From positions 80,966-144,965 of the IMG/VR virus record IMGVR_UViG_3300030330_004701: a stretch of 64,000 nt of DNA. The stretch is one strand, 5' to 3'. The position numbers were made by a program, and so were the translations under genes. A model generated the notes under the pieces. That model was given only the letters and a program-made list of their open reading frames with translations. It was not told the origin of the DNA and did no database searches. Origin of the DNA: a virus (lineage: Duplodnaviria > Caudoviricetes). Shown here piece by piece: positions 28,597 through 37,665 of this stretch; positions within the stretch are counted from its first letter, which is position 1, and each line of letters starts with the position of its first letter.

Positions 28597-29619
28597 TTAA
28601 TAAATTGTTGATTGTGTTTTTGTGACTATTGATGCATTTGTATACGGCATGTAGTCATTGTTGTCATTTGTATAAGAGAAAGACATTTCTACATTGCCTC
28701 CTCCTGTATCACCACCCGAAAATCCAATAGCTGTACAATAATTCTTTGACCCCAAATCAAAAATTATATTATCAAACTTCAGGACTATTTGTCTGTTAGG
28801 CGTTGGAAACGTGCCCATAAAATTATCATCTTTTATTAATATATCTTGCTGCACTGACTTTCTAGCTATTGCATTAATTTCGCAAGTAACTTCAACAGGT
28901 GTTTCTATGTATTTATATTTGTTTTGTTCGGTTGGGTTTTGGCCTTGATTTGAGCCTCTCCAAAAACCCGTATCAGCAAGTTCAGAGTAACTGACTGAAA
29001 GGTTAATTGCTATTGATTGTATAACCCTAACTTTTGTACCGTCATCCTCTGTTGTTAATATGGCCGCATCAACCTCAGTTGGAAATATACTGTTTTGTGT
29101 GTCGAAGTTTTGCTTTCTCATAAGAGTTCCAGACTCTCCAAGAGCAGGAATAGAACCGGCAGACTGCTTCGTCAGGTTATTGGTAACGAGGGTAATACTT
29201 TCAGTAAATATACCATCAACAGAGAAGTCATACGAAATCTCTGTAACCAAACAATATTCAAACTTTACTGAATCGACAGAACCACTTATGGTCGTATCAT
29301 CACCATAAGTCAAACCAATTTCATATTCTTTTAATCCAGTCCAGCCAGCTATACCTAGATTGGAATTTTTTAGAAGATAAGAGTCTTGATAAGTGCTGGT
29401 TCCTGTAGTATAGAAAGGTGTATCACCAGATCTTAGATGTCGTTCGATTGTTATTGTGACTTCTGGCTTATTATATCTATCACCAAAGACCTGAGATCTT
29501 CCAGTATCAGCTATAGATTCAGCGTCAGCGCTATAGTCAACGCCAACGCTTTGGACGTTCTTTAAGTACGTGCCATCAACGAAGACCGCCTGACACGCAT
29601 AAAAAACTCTGTTACCCAT
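28597..29619 (-). CDS. Putative virion structural protein (tail-tube-like)
   Basis: Beta-rich, Thr/Ser/Gly-rich composition typical of tube proteins; no definitive motif. Confidence 0.35.
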   Translation of the reverse strand: MGNRVFYACQAVFVDGTYLKNVQSVGVDYSADAESIADTGRSQVFGDRYNKPEVTITIERHLRSGDTPFYTTGTSTYQDSYLLKNSNLGIAGWTGLKEYEIGLTYGDDTTISGSVDSVKFEYCLVTEISYDFSVDGIFTESITLVTNNLTKQSAGSIPALGESGTLMRKQNFDTQNSIFPTEVDAAILTTEDDGTKVRVIQSIAINLSVSYSELADTGFWRGSNQGQNPTEQNKYKYIETPVEVTCEINAIARKSVQQDILIKDDNFMGTFPTPNRQIVLKFDNIIFDLGSKNYCTAIGFSGGDTGGGNVEMSFSYTNDNNDYMPYTNASIVTKTQSTIY

Positions 29620-29633
29620 AGTAAGTACCTTTA

Positions 29634-30650
29634 TTAAAAGTCGTCAACTAAATTTCCTACAGAATACTCAGTGACTCTAGTCTCGAAAAAGTTCTTGCAT
29701 TTTTCCAGATCAATGATCTCGCTCATCCAAGGAAATGGGTTCTGTGCATTTCCATAAGGTGATGGTAAATTTAAATTGGTTAATCTTCTATCAGCAATAA
29801 ACTGAACATAATCAATAAACATATCTGCGTTTAGACCTAAGATACCATTTGGTAGAACATCTCTAGCATATGCTAACTCTAGCTCCATAGCTGTATCAAT
29901 ATGCTCAATGGTTTCTTTTTCCATTGCTTTTGTCCAGATCTTAGGATTGTCTTCTCTCAATCTGTTAATAAGAGTTGTACCAAAATTAATGTGGATACTC
30001 TCATCACGAAGAGTGTATTGAATCTGCTCGCCAATTCCCGGCAACTTGTTTTGTCTGTTGAATGAGAGGAGCATAGCAAAACCAGAGAAGAAGAAAATCC
30101 CTTCACAGATAACATAATAAGTAATAATATTACGAAGGAATTCTCTCTTCCCCTCTAGCGTATTTATATTAAAGTCGGGGCGATTGATGTCAGTTGTGAT
30201 GTTCATCAAGAACTCATCTTTAGCCTTGATACTCGGAATTGAATTATATGCCTGATAAACTTCATCAATATCTAAGTTCAAAGAATCACAAACATAAACC
30301 ACAGTAAGGTTGTGGAGGCTTTCCTCATATGCTTGACGCAGGATATATTGGCGACACTCTGGATCAGTAACAAACTTGAACACGCTGAGCAGTAAGTTGT
30401 TTGCAACTAAAGACTCAGACCCAGCGAAGAATCCTAGACATCTTTTGACTACTAATCTTTCATCTTCAGATAAGGATTTTGATTTCCATTGCTCAATATC
30501 TTTTGCCATAGAGACTTCTGTTGGCATCCAGTTATTTGCTGCGCCGTCTATGAATAAGTCCCATGCCCATTTGTTTGTATGCGGCAAGATTTGATTCACA
30601 GTAGCTACTTTATCTGATATAATTTCTTTGCTTTTCTTCATTATTGACAA
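29634..30650 (-). CDS. nrdB: Ribonucleotide reductase beta subunit, class Ic-like (no radical Tyr)
   Basis: FFAGSESL, EESLHNLTV, EGIFF, RDESIH, NFFETRVTEY. Confidence 0.9.
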   Translation of the reverse strand: MSIMKKSKEIISDKVATVNQILPHTNKWAWDLFIDGAANNWMPTEVSMAKDIEQWKSKSLSEDERLVVKRCLGFFAGSESLVANNLLLSVFKFVTDPECRQYILRQAYEESLHNLTVVYVCDSLNLDIDEVYQAYNSIPSIKAKDEFLMNITTDINRPDFNINTLEGKREFLRNIITYYVICEGIFFFSGFAMLLSFNRQNKLPGIGEQIQYTLRDESIHINFGTTLINRLREDNPKIWTKAMEKETIEHIDTAMELELAYARDVLPNGILGLNADMFIDYVQFIADRRLTNLNLPSPYGNAQNPFPWMSEIIDLEKCKNFFETRVTEYSVGNLVDDF

Positions 30651-33091
30651 CTCTCACATCCGGGATCTAAAATAGAACATGCCTTAATTTCTTCTGCTTC
30701 TGGCTCTTCGGTTGACTTAAAACTAACAGTTGATTTCTCAACACGAGTGGCAGCTTTGCCTCTCAAGTAGTATGTAGTTTTTAATCCGTTTTCCCAAGCA
30801 CAAAAATATAAGTCATTCAAAAACTTAAGGCTATCATGTTTGTTGTAAAGATTCAGTGACTGTCCCATATCAATCCACTTCTGTCTTTCAGCCGCAGCCT
30901 TAATTAAAATCTCTGGTTCAATATCAAAAGCCGTGATAAACTCTCGCTGGATGTCTTCATCCAAATCAACCGCCATAACATCTCCGTCTGCAGTTTTGAG
31001 AGCATCTACTAGCTCTTGACACCAAATACCCTTCTTCTTGGCCATTGCAACAAAGTGCTCATTGACCATTGTGAATTCGCCACTAAGCGTTGAATACACA
31101 TAAAGAATTGAGTAATCTGGCTCAATAGACTGTGAGCAACCTTGAATATATGAAATGGTTGCGGTAGGGGCGATTGCCATAACATTACTATTGCGCATGC
31201 CATGTTTTCTCACTAATTCCCTGACCTCATCCCATTCTTCTACAAAGTTCTCGAAGTCCTCTTTCTTATACACATTATCTGACCTGTGAGTCTCTCTCTG
31301 GTTCATTAAATCACAATAAGTATCTATAGGAAAATTACCTTTATCCCATTCAGAACCCTCAAAAGAGGGGTATGCGCCTTTTTCTTTAGCCAATAATGCC
31401 GATGTTTTGATCGCGTGCAAAGAAATAAATTCTTGTATTTTTCCGCACAATATAACCGCATCTTGCGAATTATATGGTATTCCTAGCTTGTGCAGCACAT
31501 CATGAGTGCCCATAATGCCAAGTCCTACAGGTCTATGCTTTAGGTTAGACTTTTTAGCCTCTTTTGTAGGATAGAAGTTTAGATTAACCACATTGTCTAA
31601 GCCTCTAACCGCCACCTCTACAGTTTTTTGTAGCTTTTTCCAGTCGATTGTACGAACTTTCAAGTGTGACGAAAGATTAATACTGGCTAGATTGCAAACT
31701 GCTGTTTCACCTACCTCAATAACTTCTCCCTCTTCGTATACTGTTGGCTTAGTGTGTAATAATATTTCTGTACATAAATTAGAAGAATGAACTACACCTT
31801 CGTGTTTATTAGAATATCTTATATTAGATGGATCTTTGAAGGTAATCCAAGGATGTCCAGTTTCGTAAAGAGCCGTCAAAACCTTCTTCCACAAATCTTT
31901 TGCATTAACAACCCTATGATTTCTAATCTCTCCATTGTCTGCTGCTTTCTTGTACTTTCTATAAATTTTAGTAAAATCCTTGCCATAACTATCATGTAGT
32001 TCAGGACATTCCGCAGGGTCAAATAGATACCAATCTTGGTTCTTTGAGACAGCCAGCATAAAATCATCTGGAATCCAAATGGCTGTATTCATGTCGTGAC
32101 AACGGCGGCGATCATCTCCTGTGTTCTTTCTAAGATCTAGGAAGTCTTCAATATCTAAGTGCCAAGGCTCAATGTAAGAACATCCAGCACCTTTTCTCTT
32201 TCCCCCCTGATTCACAGCTACCAGCAGGTCATTAAATATCTTTAGCCAAGGAACAAGTCCTGTAGACTTTCCATTAGTGCCTTTTATATAGCCGCCTGTA
32301 GCTCTTACACTAGACCAATCCACTCCAAGTCCTCCAGCATATTTCGACAATCTAGACTGTCCATGTAGCGTACCAAAGATACCATCAATTGAATCTCCTA
32401 CTGTACTCAAGTAGCATGAGGAAAGCTGAGACCTACGAGTTCCGCTATTAAACAAGGTCGGTGTTGACGGAGAATACCTAAACTCTGACATCATATTATA
32501 TATTTCGAGAGCCTTATCTTCTTTATTGTTCCCCTCAGCAAGACATAGCCCCATAGCTACCCGCATATAAAATGCTTGAGGGGTTTCCATTCTCTGCTCA
32601 TTTAGGTGGATAAAATAGCGATCATAGAGTGTCTGGATACCCAAGTACTTGAACAGCTTGTCCCTTGATGGAACCATATTCTCGGCTAGGTAGTCAAGAT
32701 CATAAGAAAGGAGACTATCACTGAGCCTCTCTTCTTTTACTAGCTTTTTGATGTTTTTCACAAAAGCTTTTTTATACTGCTCTTCAAAAGTTTCACTGCC
32801 TACATCTTCGCCAAAAACTTCTTTGTAAAGATTGTTGAGTAGCATCCTCGCTGCAACATAAGCATAGTTCGGTTCTTTCTCTATCTTTGAGCGGGCTGAT
32901 AATATCAGAGCCTTATTAATTTCTGACGTTGGTATTTTATTGTATAACTGCAGACTGGCATCAAGAACTACCTCACTGACAGAAACGTCTTCTAATTCCC
33001 CACAAGCCCTTTCAACGCATTCGTTAATTTTATCTAAACAAACATCTTCTAATCTACCATTACGTTTTTTAATCTTTATATCTTGGCTCAT
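30641..33091 (-). CDS. nrdA: Ribonucleotide reductase class I alpha subunit with ATP cone
   Basis: IKKRNG ATP cone, STPTLFNSG, QLSSC, SNLCTEI, VCNLAS, APTATIS, KTTYYLR, C-terminal CESC. Confidence 0.95.
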   Translation of the reverse strand: MSQDIKIKKRNGRLEDVCLDKINECVERACGELEDVSVSEVVLDASLQLYNKIPTSEINKALILSARSKIEKEPNYAYVAARMLLNNLYKEVFGEDVGSETFEEQYKKAFVKNIKKLVKEERLSDSLLSYDLDYLAENMVPSRDKLFKYLGIQTLYDRYFIHLNEQRMETPQAFYMRVAMGLCLAEGNNKEDKALEIYNMMSEFRYSPSTPTLFNSGTRRSQLSSCYLSTVGDSIDGIFGTLHGQSRLSKYAGGLGVDWSSVRATGGYIKGTNGKSTGLVPWLKIFNDLLVAVNQGGKRKGAGCSYIEPWHLDIEDFLDLRKNTGDDRRRCHDMNTAIWIPDDFMLAVSKNQDWYLFDPAECPELHDSYGKDFTKIYRKYKKAADNGEIRNHRVVNAKDLWKKVLTALYETGHPWITFKDPSNIRYSNKHEGVVHSSNLCTEILLHTKPTVYEEGEVIEVGETAVCNLASINLSSHLKVRTIDWKKLQKTVEVAVRGLDNVVNLNFYPTKEAKKSNLKHRPVGLGIMGTHDVLHKLGIPYNSQDAVILCGKIQEFISLHAIKTSALLAKEKGAYPSFEGSEWDKGNFPIDTYCDLMNQRETHRSDNVYKKEDFENFVEEWDEVRELVRKHGMRNSNVMAIAPTATISYIQGCSQSIEPDYSILYVYSTLSGEFTMVNEHFVAMAKKKGIWCQELVDALKTADGDVMAVDLDEDIQREFITAFDIEPEILIKAAAERQKWIDMGQSLNLYNKHDSLKFLNDLYFCAWENGLKTTYYLRGKAATRVEKSTVSFKSTEEPEAEEIKACSILDPGCESCQ

Positions 33092-33128
33092 GAGGTCTCA
33101 CTGAAATCAAAGGTTAGTATAAGTCTAT

Positions 33129-33265
33129 AAAAAAACGACACTTATAACATACAGGGGTAGGAACTTGTCTACTCAAAGTGTATCCCTGTGCCTTTCGGCT
33201 TGTCGGGGTAAGTGTCGTTTAGCCTGTTTTCCAAAACTGGGCTTTTTTATTCCCCAACGACTGTT
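33129..33265 (-). ncRNA. Structured 5' leader of nrdA (attenuator/riboswitch candidate)
   Basis: 12-bp stem AAACGACACTTA/TAAGTGTCGTTT followed by U-run, enclosing GCC-GAAA-GGC and ACAGGG/CCCTGT stems; 5' GTCGTT can pair alternatively with AACGAC. Confidence 0.55.
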
Positions 33266-33267
33266 AA

Positions 33268-33296
33268 ATTATAATGTTCGTTGGGCGGATTTGCAA
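33268..33296 (-). promoter_or_regulatory. Sigma70-type promoter of nrdAB with overlapping inverted repeat
   Basis: TTGCAA-17 nt-TATAAT; CCCAACGA...TCGTTGGG flanks the -10 box. Confidence 0.75.
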
Positions 33297-33310
33297 GATC
33301 TAATTAACGA

Positions 33311-33520
33311 CTAGCCGCCAAAAAACGATCTTTTTTCATCACCATTTTCTTCTCCCGAGGCTGGCTCTGGAGTCGGAGCTGGTGCTGGTGCTGGTTCTGG
33401 GTCTTTTGCAACACCCAAGGCTTCCGCCATAGCAGTAAATACTTCAACAAGCTGCCCATGGCTCTGAGTGCCAAGAATAACCTTGTCTAACATATCTTTG
33501 ATTACAGCTTTATCCATCAT
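33311..33520 (-). CDS. Small protein with Pro-Ala repeat
   Basis: SD AGGAG; PEPAPAPAPTPEP. Confidence 0.55.
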   Translation of the reverse strand: MMDKAVIKDMLDKVILGTQSHGQLVEVFTAMAEALGVAKDPEPAPAPAPTPEPASGEENGDEKRSFFGG

Positions 33521-33527
33521 AAATCTC

Positions 33528-33818
33528 CTATTTGCAATTATGAATTGTTTGTATGATCTTTTCAGTAACAGACAACTGCGTCTGATGAATAGATTCTTCT
33601 AACTTGTCCATCTTATTATCAATCTTAGTCTCTAATCCGTCAACCTTATTTTCCAAAGAATCCAATCTTCTTGATACAGAATCGTTAACTTTTTCTTCTA
33701 ACATTGCTAATTTACCCCCATGCTTGACTATAGTTCTAAGAACCCAAGCAATAAGAGGTAATGCGACCATGCCGAAGAATTGTGCGATTTCTTTTACTAA
33801 CTCCCATGTATTTTCCAT
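33528..33818 (-). CDS. Membrane protein with coiled coil (holin-like architecture)
   Basis: One TM then heptad coiled coil. Confidence 0.45.
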   Translation of the reverse strand: MENTWELVKEIAQFFGMVALPLIAWVLRTIVKHGGKLAMLEEKVNDSVSRRLDSLENKVDGLETKIDNKMDKLEESIHQTQLSVTEKIIQTIHNCK

Positions 33819-33831
33819 AGCGATCACCTCT

Positions 33832-33864
33832 AAAAAAATAAGGGGAGAGAAACCCCTCCCCTTT
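33832..33864 (-). terminator. Intrinsic terminator
   Basis: AGGGGAGGGG-TTT-CTCTCCCCT followed by TATTTTTTT. Confidence 0.75.
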
Positions 33865-33881
33865 TGAAACCTAAGTAAAGA

Positions 33882-34589
33882 TTACATTCCAGTGATAGGC
33901 TTGTAGTCGAAGAAGTCTCCAGAGTTTGCGTCAGACACGTCCAGAGTAACGAAATCAACTTTCATAACCAGTTCACCCGGAATAGCTCTAGTTGGGTTTG
34001 CAGCGCTATCTGAGAAGTAAGCATTTGCACCGCCATCTGGGTTAATCATGCTACTTGTCTGCGCTCCACCAGCATTGTTTAATCGACTTAAACTATCAGG
34101 AGAAGCAGCCGCTGTTCCAGCAGAGTTTAGCCAATTAATTCTCATATTAGTGATCTTAGCTCCACTATCAAGAGTACCAGTCCAGCTAAACTGGTTGTTT
34201 CTCCAAGCTGTGACTAGCTTAGCACCGAATGAACCATAGAACTGAGCAATAGAATTTGCAGTGTTTCCTCTGCCCATAGTCAATAGTTGGGTTTTTGAAA
34301 CGCCAGATAGCGTAGCTGAAGAACGAGCAATAACGTATTTGCCTTCTTCGCTATAAGCAAAAGTACCAGCAGATAAAGCTTTGGCTACATTGTAGATTCC
34401 GCTAGCACCTATACTTGGTAACGTATTGCCATCTGGAGCTGTTGCTACGCCGTCTAAAAGAGTTAAAGATTTAGTGATAACACTACCAGTGTCATCATTG
34501 TTTAGAATTGTGCCGCCTTGTTTTGCTTCAACAAAAGTACCGCCAGCACCATTAGTTAAGTAGTTGCTTGTTGCACCGGGAACTGCCAT
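33882..34589 (-). CDS. Gly/Ala/Ser-rich protein, likely virion component
   Basis: Own leader and terminator; composition typical of structural proteins. Confidence 0.5.
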   Translation of the reverse strand: MAVPGATSNYLTNGAGGTFVEAKQGGTILNNDDTGSVITKSLTLLDGVATAPDGNTLPSIGASGIYNVAKALSAGTFAYSEEGKYVIARSSATLSGVSKTQLLTMGRGNTANSIAQFYGSFGAKLVTAWRNNQFSWTGTLDSGAKITNMRINWLNSAGTAAASPDSLSRLNNAGGAQTSSMINPDGGANAYFSDSAANPTRAIPGELVMKVDFVTLDVSDANSGDFFDYKPITGM

Positions 34590-34660
34590 TATACATGACT
34601 CCTATAAAAAATAAAATATATTTTAATCCTACAGTTATCCGTATAATAATCCAATTCCTA

Positions 34661-35299
34661 TTATATAGTACACAAATTGCTAAGTATTTTATATGATTTT
34701 ATTCTAATTCCATAAATATTTGATTTATAAAAAATGTTATAATGATCTTGACTCAATATGGGAGAACAGCTAACGACAGGCATTTCTATTTGGTCTTCTA
34801 TTGTCTTGCAGCAGATTATATTATCTACAATGTCATCAACCATTGTTCCTGTTCCTATGACTATTTCTGAAGAGGCGTTGGATTTTAAACAATAACATAA
34901 GTCCATGACAAATGCCCAGTCAGAAACCCTGTATTCTATAACAGGACGAAGAGAGATGTCGTACTGGGCACATGCAGATGCGCACGCTTTAAAGTCTTTT
35001 CTTATACTAGCTAAATTAGAAGCCTCTAAGTCATTCCTGTTTATAACTAAATCAATACTCTTCGCGCCTCTTCTCTTTGCTAAAATTATATCGTGAATCC
35101 TAACATTTGTATCAGATAAACCAAAAGGGTAATCTACGATGGCAGAGAAGTTGAGGTGTTCCTTAATTAAAGACTCGTCAATTCTAGAGAGAAGTCCTGA
35201 AGGCGTACATATGGTATCTACTTTGCTATTAGCAGAATCAAATATGCACTCCAACACAGAGCTGTAATCAGCTTCGTTACACAAGACTTCTAGTTTCAT
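34661..35299 (-). CDS. DeoC-like (deoxyribose-phosphate aldolase fold) protein, apparently catalytically degenerate
   Basis: IVDYPFG, GAKSIDLVIN, LRPVIE align to DeoC; the FIKTSTG Schiff-base motif reads IVIGTG. Confidence 0.65.
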   Translation of the reverse strand: MKLEVLCNEADYSSVLECIFDSANSKVDTICTPSGLLSRIDESLIKEHLNFSAIVDYPFGLSDTNVRIHDIILAKRRGAKSIDLVINRNDLEASNLASIRKDFKACASACAQYDISLRPVIEYRVSDWAFVMDLCYCLKSNASSEIVIGTGTMVDDIVDNIICCKTIEDQIEMPVVSCSPILSQDHYNIFYKSNIYGIRIKSYKILSNLCTI

Positions 35300-35769
35300 T
35301 AATCGTTGTCCTCAAATATGGCTAGCGCGCTATTGACGGCTCTGCGGGCAGTTTCTCTGCTGTAGCCATTCTTTGCACCTATTTCTACCATTGTCATTCT
35401 CTCTAGGTATCTTTGTTTCAAAATCTTCTTCTGGTCTTCATTCAGGTCTGACAGTAATACCTCTATGTTTTCTTTGGGTGTGTGACAGATGTCAAAAGGT
35501 ATACCATTTTTTTCTCTGCGTCTGATCCTTAACTGGTTCATCATTGCGTAATTAAGTTGCTGATAAAGGAATGTCGTGAACTTTACTCCTCTATCTTCGT
35601 CAAAAGATTTTAGGCATTTCCAAAGTATTTCTAACCTTAAAGACGATATATCATCTGGGTCAACACTTCTAGAATATTTTGCGCAAACAGAGTCCATAAT
35701 TTTTTTGTAATCAATATTTTCCAAAGCGTCATCTAAGTCTCTGGATTTCAATTTAAGATCTTTCTTCAT
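35299..35769 (-). CDS. RNA polymerase sigma factor (region 2 + region 4)
   Basis: LWKCLKSFDEDRGVKFTTFL; QRYLERMTMVEIGAKNGYSRETAR HTH. Confidence 0.8.
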   Translation of the reverse strand: MKKDLKLKSRDLDDALENIDYKKIMDSVCAKYSRSVDPDDISSLRLEILWKCLKSFDEDRGVKFTTFLYQQLNYAMMNQLRIRRREKNGIPFDICHTPKENIEVLLSDLNEDQKKILKQRYLERMTMVEIGAKNGYSRETARRAVNSALAIFEDND

Positions 35770-36382
35770 TTGTGCTCCTTAATATGGTTCCACCAATTTT
35801 ATCACGTAAGTTTTCAAATTTATTCAAATCATCCAGATATTTATCATTTAATGTATCTGACATGATGTACTCAATTTCTGATGTAGGGCTAATAAATATT
35901 GCCCAATAAGGTTTCTCAGAGACTTGGCTTTTTACCATTTCTATAGTCTCCTCAACCTCTAAAATTATATCATCTCTACCAGCTATTGTATCTTCTATAT
36001 CTAGTTTTACAAGGGTAGAATTGAAAAGTTTTCCTATTCCTATAAACATTGTGTATCTTGATAATACTTTTATCGACTCTACGCCTTCTATTTCTTCAAT
36101 CTTTTTCAGCATACTGTTCGTAATATTGAAGGAGGTGTAGCAAAACCAACAATCCCATCTGTTTGATGGTTTTAACATTGATTCTGCTGCAAATAACCCA
36201 TAAGGTGTATAAAGAACTTTTGGTTGCGCAGGTTCAATAGGAGCATATTTTAGCATATTCTCCATCATTTCTATTTCTTCTTCTGTGAGCTGGGATTCTA
36301 TGATAGAAATTGGATCTTCGCTTAGTATCTCGTCAACTATAGCGTTCCAGCTTTCCCAAGCTATCGTGGCTTTCTTAGACAT
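35753..36382 (-). CDS. Hypothetical protein
   Basis: SD GGAGG; 209 aa. Confidence 0.6.
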   Translation of the reverse strand: MSKKATIAWESWNAIVDEILSEDPISIIESQLTEEEIEMMENMLKYAPIEPAQPKVLYTPYGLFAAESMLKPSNRWDCWFCYTSFNITNSMLKKIEEIEGVESIKVLSRYTMFIGIGKLFNSTLVKLDIEDTIAGRDDIILEVEETIEMVKSQVSEKPYWAIFISPTSEIEYIMSDTLNDKYLDDLNKFENLRDKIGGTILRSTNEERS

Positions 36383-36433
36383 TTTTTAGCCTCCACGTTA
36401 TGTTTTGAACTTTAGTCTTATATACTATACACA

Positions 36434-36769
36434 CTAATCAAACTTTACCTGAGTTGGTCTTACAACCAAATCAGATTTTTTTGATTTGTTCTTAAACTCT
36501 TCGTAGAAGGTTAAAAACGCAAAGAATTGCTCGTCTCCACCATCTTCGCCGGCAGAACACTGCCTCTCAATTTCCTTTAAGATTTCTGTTTCATATAGTC
36601 CTGAATTAATTTTATGCAACATACTAGCAAAGCCAGATATATCCTCTAACGAGCTAGCCCATCCGCATTTGAAATATATATCAAAAGTTTCTTCTTCGCA
36701 GAATACAGTAAAGTAAGAGCTACTAGAATGAGAATCTGGTTGTGGTGAATTTTGATAATGTTCTGACAT
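36434..36769 (-). CDS. Hypothetical protein
   Basis: ORF with SD. Confidence 0.5.
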   Translation of the reverse strand: MSEHYQNSPQPDSHSSSSYFTVFCEEETFDIYFKCGWASSLEDISGFASMLHKINSGLYETEILKEIERQCSAGEDGGDEQFFAFLTFYEEFKNKSKKSDLVVRPTQVKFD

Positions 36770-37109
36770 ATCGTTCTCCAATAGAATTTAGATTATCTGT
36801 ATCATTAAGACTTAACATTCTCCCCTTAATGCTAAAGCCTGCGCAATATGGAAACTGACAGTAGTAGACTACTTCAAACTCTTTATCAGAAATTCTGTAG
36901 AAATCTGCTAGCTGGTAGTCTAGCCAATCAGTATCATACTTTATGAATTCTGATGACAGTTTTTTTATGCACTCTTCTGTATCTTCAGATAAAAAATAAC
37001 GACTAATGACTTTAGCATCTTCGTTCAGCAAGATACTATTTCTTTGTGCATCCAGTATGTTCTTTGAGCTATCAAACGCTACTGGCAGTATAGATAGTTT
37101 AATCTTCAT
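36723..37109 (-). CDS. Hypothetical protein
   Basis: Coupled ORF. Confidence 0.5.
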   Translation of the reverse strand: MKIKLSILPVAFDSSKNILDAQRNSILLNEDAKVISRYFLSEDTEECIKKLSSEFIKYDTDWLDYQLADFYRISDKEFEVVYYCQFPYCAGFSIKGRMLSLNDTDNLNSIGERYVRTLSKFTTTRFSF

Positions 37110-37347
37110 TGCCTGCTTCTTCAGTCTCTTGGGATGCTTTGATGTACTGAGCTTTTAAATCCTGCACAAATTGAAAATTTCCTCTAGCTTCATTGTATCT
37201 TTCTAAAGCTGTTGTAAATTCCTCAAAAACTTGCGGGTGTTCACCAACACCAACGGGTGTTGACATATAAAGCTTCATTGTAAGTCCAGCTTCATCCATC
37301 TTTGCTTTATAGTGAGATTCTGCTGCAGATATAAAGTCAATGTTCAT
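37099..37347 (-). CDS. Conserved small phage protein (GVGEHP motif)
   Basis: PVGVGEHP motif recalled from marine phage hypotheticals. Confidence 0.6.
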   Translation of the reverse strand: MNIDFISAAESHYKAKMDEAGLTMKLYMSTPVGVGEHPQVFEEFTTALERYNEARGNFQFVQDLKAQYIKASQETEEAGNED

Positions 37348-37366
37348 TACGTGTTCCTTATTTATT

Positions 37367-37397
37367 AAAAGAGCCTAGCGCATCATGCGCTAGACTC
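37367..37397 (-). terminator. Intrinsic terminator
   Basis: GAGTCTAGCGCA-TGA-TGCGCTAGGCTC then TTTT. Confidence 0.65.
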
Positions 37398-37421
37398 AGA
37401 ATCATGATTCTCAAATGTGTA

Positions 37422-37595
37422 TTATTCCGTTGTACGAAGAGAATCACCAACAATCCATGCTACAGCCACTGCTACGATGCTAGTTGCTGTTTCTTCTGGA
37501 ATACCGATGACATCCTGTAGTGCTACGGTAACAACAGTACCGACAGCAGTCCAAAATCGTCTCGACTTCACCAGACTCTTAATTTTATCTACCAT
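37422..37595 (-). CDS. Small two-TM holin-like protein (57 aa), absent from ORF track
   Basis: MVDKIKSLVKSRRFWTAVGTVVTVALQDVIGIPEETATSIVAVAVAWIVGDSLRTTE; SR[R/K]FW motif; SD AGGAG. Confidence 0.55.
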   Translation of the reverse strand: MVDKIKSLVKSRRFWTAVGTVVTVALQDVIGIPEETATSIVAVAVAWIVGDSLRTTE

Positions 37596-37634
37596 TTTCT
37601 ATCTCCTATAAAAGATTACTGGTTGACTAAAAAT

Positions 37635-37663
37635 ATTGTAACATATCTCTACACAATAGGCAA
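37635..37663 (-). promoter_or_regulatory. Sigma70-like promoter
   Basis: TTGCCT-17 nt-TACAAT, followed by ATTTTTAGT as at 56749-56777. Confidence 0.6.
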
Positions 37664-37665
37664 GT

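Noticed and set aside
33129-33265. Cobalamin riboswitch or NrdR box upstream of nrdA
   Set aside because: B12-box and NrdR consensus not found by eye; kept as an unassigned RNA
34661-36433. GTGTA(C/T)..TATA putative late-promoter motif (near 34661-34673 and 36419-36431)
   Set aside because: Only two loose instances; insufficient without the full genome
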